From Trypanosoma brucei (taxonomy: Eukaryota), in the NCBI GenBank assembly GCA_000002445.1, contig CM000208.1:3040001-3104000 (forward strand): DNA of 64,000 bases, in the 5' to 3' direction. A model generated the notes under the pieces. The model saw only the letters and a program-made list of their open reading frames with translations. It was not told where the DNA came from and did not search any database. Shown one piece after another: positions 60,764 to 64,000 of this stretch. The translations under genes and the position numbers were made by a program. Position 1 is the stretch's first letter. The number at the start of each line of letters is the position of its first letter.

Positions 60764-63700
60764 ATGAAAGCACCAGCCTTGCTGTTGTTTTTACTGTCAG
60801 CATGTGCCGCATCGCCGCCGACGAGGGAAGCCGGGGGTGTACAAGTAACCGTGACAATTGTGTCTCTGATGTACAGTAAAAACTGGCCTGCTGAGTACAT
60901 CAACGCTGTCAATGCTGGTTTTAACGCATCCCTGGCCGCGCGGAACTGGGTGGTAGCGCCTGGGGTTAATGTTTCGGTAGTTCCACCCCCGTCGTACGAC
61001 ACCCCAGCATATCAGCACCTGGAGAAGTACTTAGAAAATGTAAAGGACGATAACAGCAGTATGGTGGTTGTGTTGGGTCCCATGGGCGAAGAGAGCAGCT
61101 TTGCCTCGTATGATACCCTGAAGAAACACGGTCTTGTCGGATTCGCTCCTATGACTGGGGCTGCGGGTTTTGAGACTTACCTTCCACACCTCTATTTTCT
61201 TCGCCCTGGTTTTACGGGTGAACTCATAGCCCTTATCCGTTATGCCGTGACTTACCTGCGCGTTCTCCGGTTGGGGTTTACCTACCTTGAAGGTATGATG
61301 GGGGGTACTACCACATACGAGAATGCTGTGGACTTTTTGTCACGCATGGGATACACGTTTTGTTGTATTTTCACAGTGCACGGGACAGCCGAAAGGCGGA
61401 CGGTAACAGGTAGGGAGTTCGATGTGGCATGGAACGAGTTTGCCGGGAAACTTCCACAGGCTGTTATTGTTGTTGCTACTGTAAATGATGAAATAAAGAA
61501 TTTTGTCAAGAACCTTGTGGCTGATCCACGCACCGCGGATGCGTACCTGTTGGCTCCCTCACTAATGCAGAAGTCGATCGTGACAGTATGGAAGGAGGCA
61601 TTGGAAGCTGCAAATGCCACTTTTGTCCCTCGTCGCGTAATCCAGACAGGCACCAACCCACTTGCCAACGACACAGACAGTCGTGCCATTAGTCGCTTTC
61701 AAGGTGAGATGCGGGATTATCTTACGGCATATGGGGAATGGGCCGGTGTCGACGACGCAGAGTGCTTCCTCAAGGACGACGCAGAGGGAGAACTGATGGT
61801 TGCTGGTTGGCTCGCTGGAGAGGTGCTATCGCAAGCTCTACGGAGCCATGGATGGATGAACAATCGCACAGCTTTCATGGAGTCGCTCTACGAGCAACGC
61901 CGTTACGTCGTTGACAACATCGTTATTGGTGACTTTGGAGGTAGTTGTGAGGACAATTCTACTGATAGCGGTGCCATCTGCCAGTGCAACCGCGGCGGTA
62001 GGAAGGTATACATGAAGGAGATTGCAGAGGGCTACCGACTAAGACCGCTTGTTGGCGGCTACATCGTACAGTCCCAACTGGAGTGTAATAGTGATCCTGC
62101 AATCCTGCAGCCGCCGCTCAGCGGACTCGCCATCCTCATAAATGATCGCCAGGAGCTTACGAGGGCTGTGAAACAGTTTAAAATTGGCACGTCTGCCGTA
62201 TCTGCAGATGGCGAAGACGATGACGTGGACAGGCTTGTCATTCAGGTATTTGACACAAAGGCGCATACCGCTTTCGACGATCTCAAGGCGCTGCAACAGA
62301 GGAAAATTTTAACTGCTTTGTTCGGTGTCGTAACTGAGTCGTTGTTAGAACTCTCAAACGTGACATTCATTGACCCAATGGTGCCAACGCCTCATTTAAA
62401 CACTTTCAACAGGAATGTGATCCGCCTGTCGCCAACATTGGAGCAGCAGCTTTATGTACATGCGACCTACCTGTCTAGCATCCGTGCTGTTAATGTCCAC
62501 TGTATTGTCAGAAGCAACGAAGCGGCTCGCATCATCGACGTGCTTAGGAAGACGTTGATTACCTTTGGTCTGAATCTCAGTTCCACAAAAGTATTGGAGG
62601 CCAGGACCACGATTAGGGGGAATCTACCGACAAGGGGCAGTGTATTTCTCATTGGGCTCGTCGGCACTGACATTGCGGCAATTGAAGAACACCTCCGCAC
62701 ACACGAGAGGACTCTTATATTTGTCCAGTATTCTGACATCGCGTTGCTATACAATGAGTTTGTGCAAACATTTAACAACACTCATACTGCCGAACGTCTT
62801 GTGTTCGCAACAAGTTTACCGCACTGGGCAGACGCCAACACGACATCGGAGACTGTGCGACGGTTCCAGGACGTTATATCTGATGTGGCGCTACGGACAC
62901 CGCTGTCACTGTTGGGTTTTGCCACTGGCAGGTTGATGCAGAGGAACTTGCAGCGTATGCCCAAGGTGACCCCTGAACTCCTGTCCGACCTCTTCTTCGA
63001 AGAAACAGTGATCACTGTCGACGACATGCGCTATGGACCATTCAGGCACTACGATTGCGTAATCAACGATGTCGTTACCGAGGATAATTGTATAACAAAT
63101 TTTGGTGCGGCGGACATCAGTGTGTGGTCGATGGCGCGTGCGCTACGACCACATGAGCCAGTACTGCAGGAAGCGATGTTTCCGTCGATGAAGTATAACG
63201 TTCCTAATGGTAACGCCCTCACCCCCGCACAACTTGCTGGCGTAATCGGTGGGACCTCGGCAGCCCTGTTCCTCCTTTTGGGGCTTGGCGTGCTATTGTA
63301 CTTCGTCCTTCGCGATGGTCGCGACAACGACAACGCGCCCAAGGAACCAACAGACCCGGTGACGCTCATCTTCACCGATGTCGAGAGTAGCACTGCGCTG
63401 TGGGCTGCTCACCCCGAACTGATGCCGGAGGCCGTCGCAGCTCACCACAGCATGATCCGCTCGCTGATTTCCCGTCACGGATGCTACGAGGTGAAGACGG
63501 TTGGGGATTCGTTCATGATAGCCTGCAAGAGCCCAACAACCGCAGTCAAGCTTGTGCTCGACTTACAGGTGATGTTCATGCAGTACGACTGGGGCTCTTC
63601 TGTGTTCGACGATTCGTACCGCGAGTTTGAGTTGCGTAAGGCGGATGATGTCGACGGTTACGCCCCACCAACCGCGCTCCTTGACAGCGCAACGTACGGG

Positions 63701-64000
63701 CAGTACTGGAACGGGCTGCGAGTGCGAGTTGGTGTGCACACCGGGTTGTGTGATATTAGACATGATGAAGTGACGAAGGGTTACGATTATTACGGGCAGG
63801 TTCCCAACCTTGCTGCGCGGACGGAAAATGTGACGAACGGCGGGCAGGTGCTGCTAACGCACGCGATGTACCTTGCACTCAGCACCGCAGAACGTGAGGA
63901 ATTTGACGTGACCCCATTGGGTGAAGTACCGTTGCGTGGTGTGCCGGAGCCTGTTGTAATGTACCAGCTGAACGCCGTTCCCGGCCGCTCTTTTTCTGCA
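60764..64000 (+). CDS. Receptor-type adenylate cyclase (GRESAG4-like), partial; the 3' end lies beyond the right edge
   Basis: ATG at 60764. It starts with a signal peptide (MKAPALLLFLLSACAAS) and a large extracellular periplasmic-binding-protein-like domain. A single transmembrane segment follows (GVIGGTSAALFLLLGLGVLLYFVL). The class III cyclase catalytic domain has PVTLIFTDVESSTALW...YEVKTVGDSFMIA...RVGVHTG...GYDYYGQVPNLAARTE. The ORF track omits it because it has no stop inside the window. Confidence 0.88.
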   Translation, partial: MKAPALLLFLLSACAASPPTREAGGVQVTVTIVSLMYSKNWPAEYINAVNAGFNASLAARNWVVAPGVNVSVVPPPSYDTPAYQHLEKYLENVKDDNSSMVVVLGPMGEESSFASYDTLKKHGLVGFAPMTGAAGFETYLPHLYFLRPGFTGELIALIRYAVTYLRVLRLGFTYLEGMMGGTTTYENAVDFLSRMGYTFCCIFTVHGTAERRTVTGREFDVAWNEFAGKLPQAVIVVATVNDEIKNFVKNLVADPRTADAYLLAPSLMQKSIVTVWKEALEAANATFVPRRVIQTGTNPLANDTDSRAISRFQGEMRDYLTAYGEWAGVDDAECFLKDDAEGELMVAGWLAGEVLSQALRSHGWMNNRTAFMESLYEQRRYVVDNIVIGDFGGSCEDNSTDSGAICQCNRGGRKVYMKEIAEGYRLRPLVGGYIVQSQLECNSDPAILQPPLSGLAILINDRQELTRAVKQFKIGTSAVSADGEDDDVDRLVIQVFDTKAHTAFDDLKALQQRKILTALFGVVTESLLELSNVTFIDPMVPTPHLNTFNRNVIRLSPTLEQQLYVHATYLSSIRAVNVHCIVRSNEAARIIDVLRKTLITFGLNLSSTKVLEARTTIRGNLPTRGSVFLIGLVGTDIAAIEEHLRTHERTLIFVQYSDIALLYNEFVQTFNNTHTAERLVFATSLPHWADANTTSETVRRFQDVISDVALRTPLSLLGFATGRLMQRNLQRMPKVTPELLSDLFFEETVITVDDMRYGPFRHYDCVINDVVTEDNCITNFGAADISVWSMARALRPHEPVLQEAMFPSMKYNVPNGNALTPAQLAGVIGGTSAALFLLLGLGVLLYFVLRDGRDNDNAPKEPTDPVTLIFTDVESSTALWAAHPELMPEAVAAHHSMIRSLISRHGCYEVKTVGDSFMIACKSPTTAVKLVLDLQVMFMQYDWGSSVFDDSYREFELRKADDVDGYAPPTALLDSATYGQYWNGLRVRVGVHTGLCDIRHDEVTKGYDYYGQVPNLAARTENVTNGGQVLLTHAMYLALSTAEREEFDVTPLGEVPLRGVPEPVVMYQLNAVPGRSFSA

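Noticed and set aside
1-64000. Looked for CRISPR arrays, an operon-style defence island, IS/transposon terminal inverted repeats, and rRNA or tRNA genes
   Set aside because: None is present. There are no direct repeat-spacer arrays, no B-box-containing tRNA, and no rRNA-like conserved blocks. The architecture is a eukaryotic kinetoplastid PTU, so no prokaryotic-type system is expected.

Overview
This window reads as a kinetoplastid (Trypanosoma-type) chromosomal segment, not a prokaryotic one: there are no operons, CRISPR arrays or Shine-Dalgarno-type signals. From position 1 to about 55.9 kb, 22 intron-less genes plus one gene running off the left edge are packed head-to-tail on the minus strand. 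This is typical of a polycistronic transcription unit (PTU). The intergenic spacers are AT-rich and low-complexity, with purine-rich plus-strand tracts (polypyrimidine on the coding strand) and CA/TA microsatellites. A divergent strand-switch region of about 4.9 kb (55.9-60.8 kb) separates this unit from a plus-strand unit whose first gene is a receptor-type adenylate cyclase (GRESAG4-like) that runs off the right edge. The strand switch begins with a C14/A14 homopolymer pair, then a GC-rich ORF-poor island, then about 3.5 kb of non-coding sequence whose composition differs from the rest. Recognisable products include a multi-pass membrane protein (partial), a protein with four tandem phytochelatin-synthase-like (papain-fold) domains, a GNAT acetyltransferase, a mitochondrial carrier, a Myb-domain TRF-like telomere protein, a PIH1/CS (kintoun-like) protein, a beta-helix/SR-rich protein, a SET methyltransferase, prolyl-tRNA synthetase with a YbaK editing domain and a presequence-like N-terminus, a LYR-motif protein, a twin-Cx9C CHCH protein, an N-myristoylated MGRN1-like RING E3, Rab5, an AN1 zinc-finger protein, an NSUN RNA m5C methyltransferase, an ankyrin protein, a class I cAMP phosphodiesterase next to a PKA catalytic subunit, Vps16 and a catalytically degenerate calpain-like protein. 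The gene order matches my unverified recollection of T. brucei chromosome 10 around TRF, RAB5A, PDEA, PKAC3 and GRESAG4. The supplied ORF track allows GTG/TTG starts, so where I could read the first codon as non-ATG I moved the start to the first ATG. I found no mobile element or novel defence-like system. The two items I would follow up first are the tandem PCS-like-domain protein and the structured strand-switch region.
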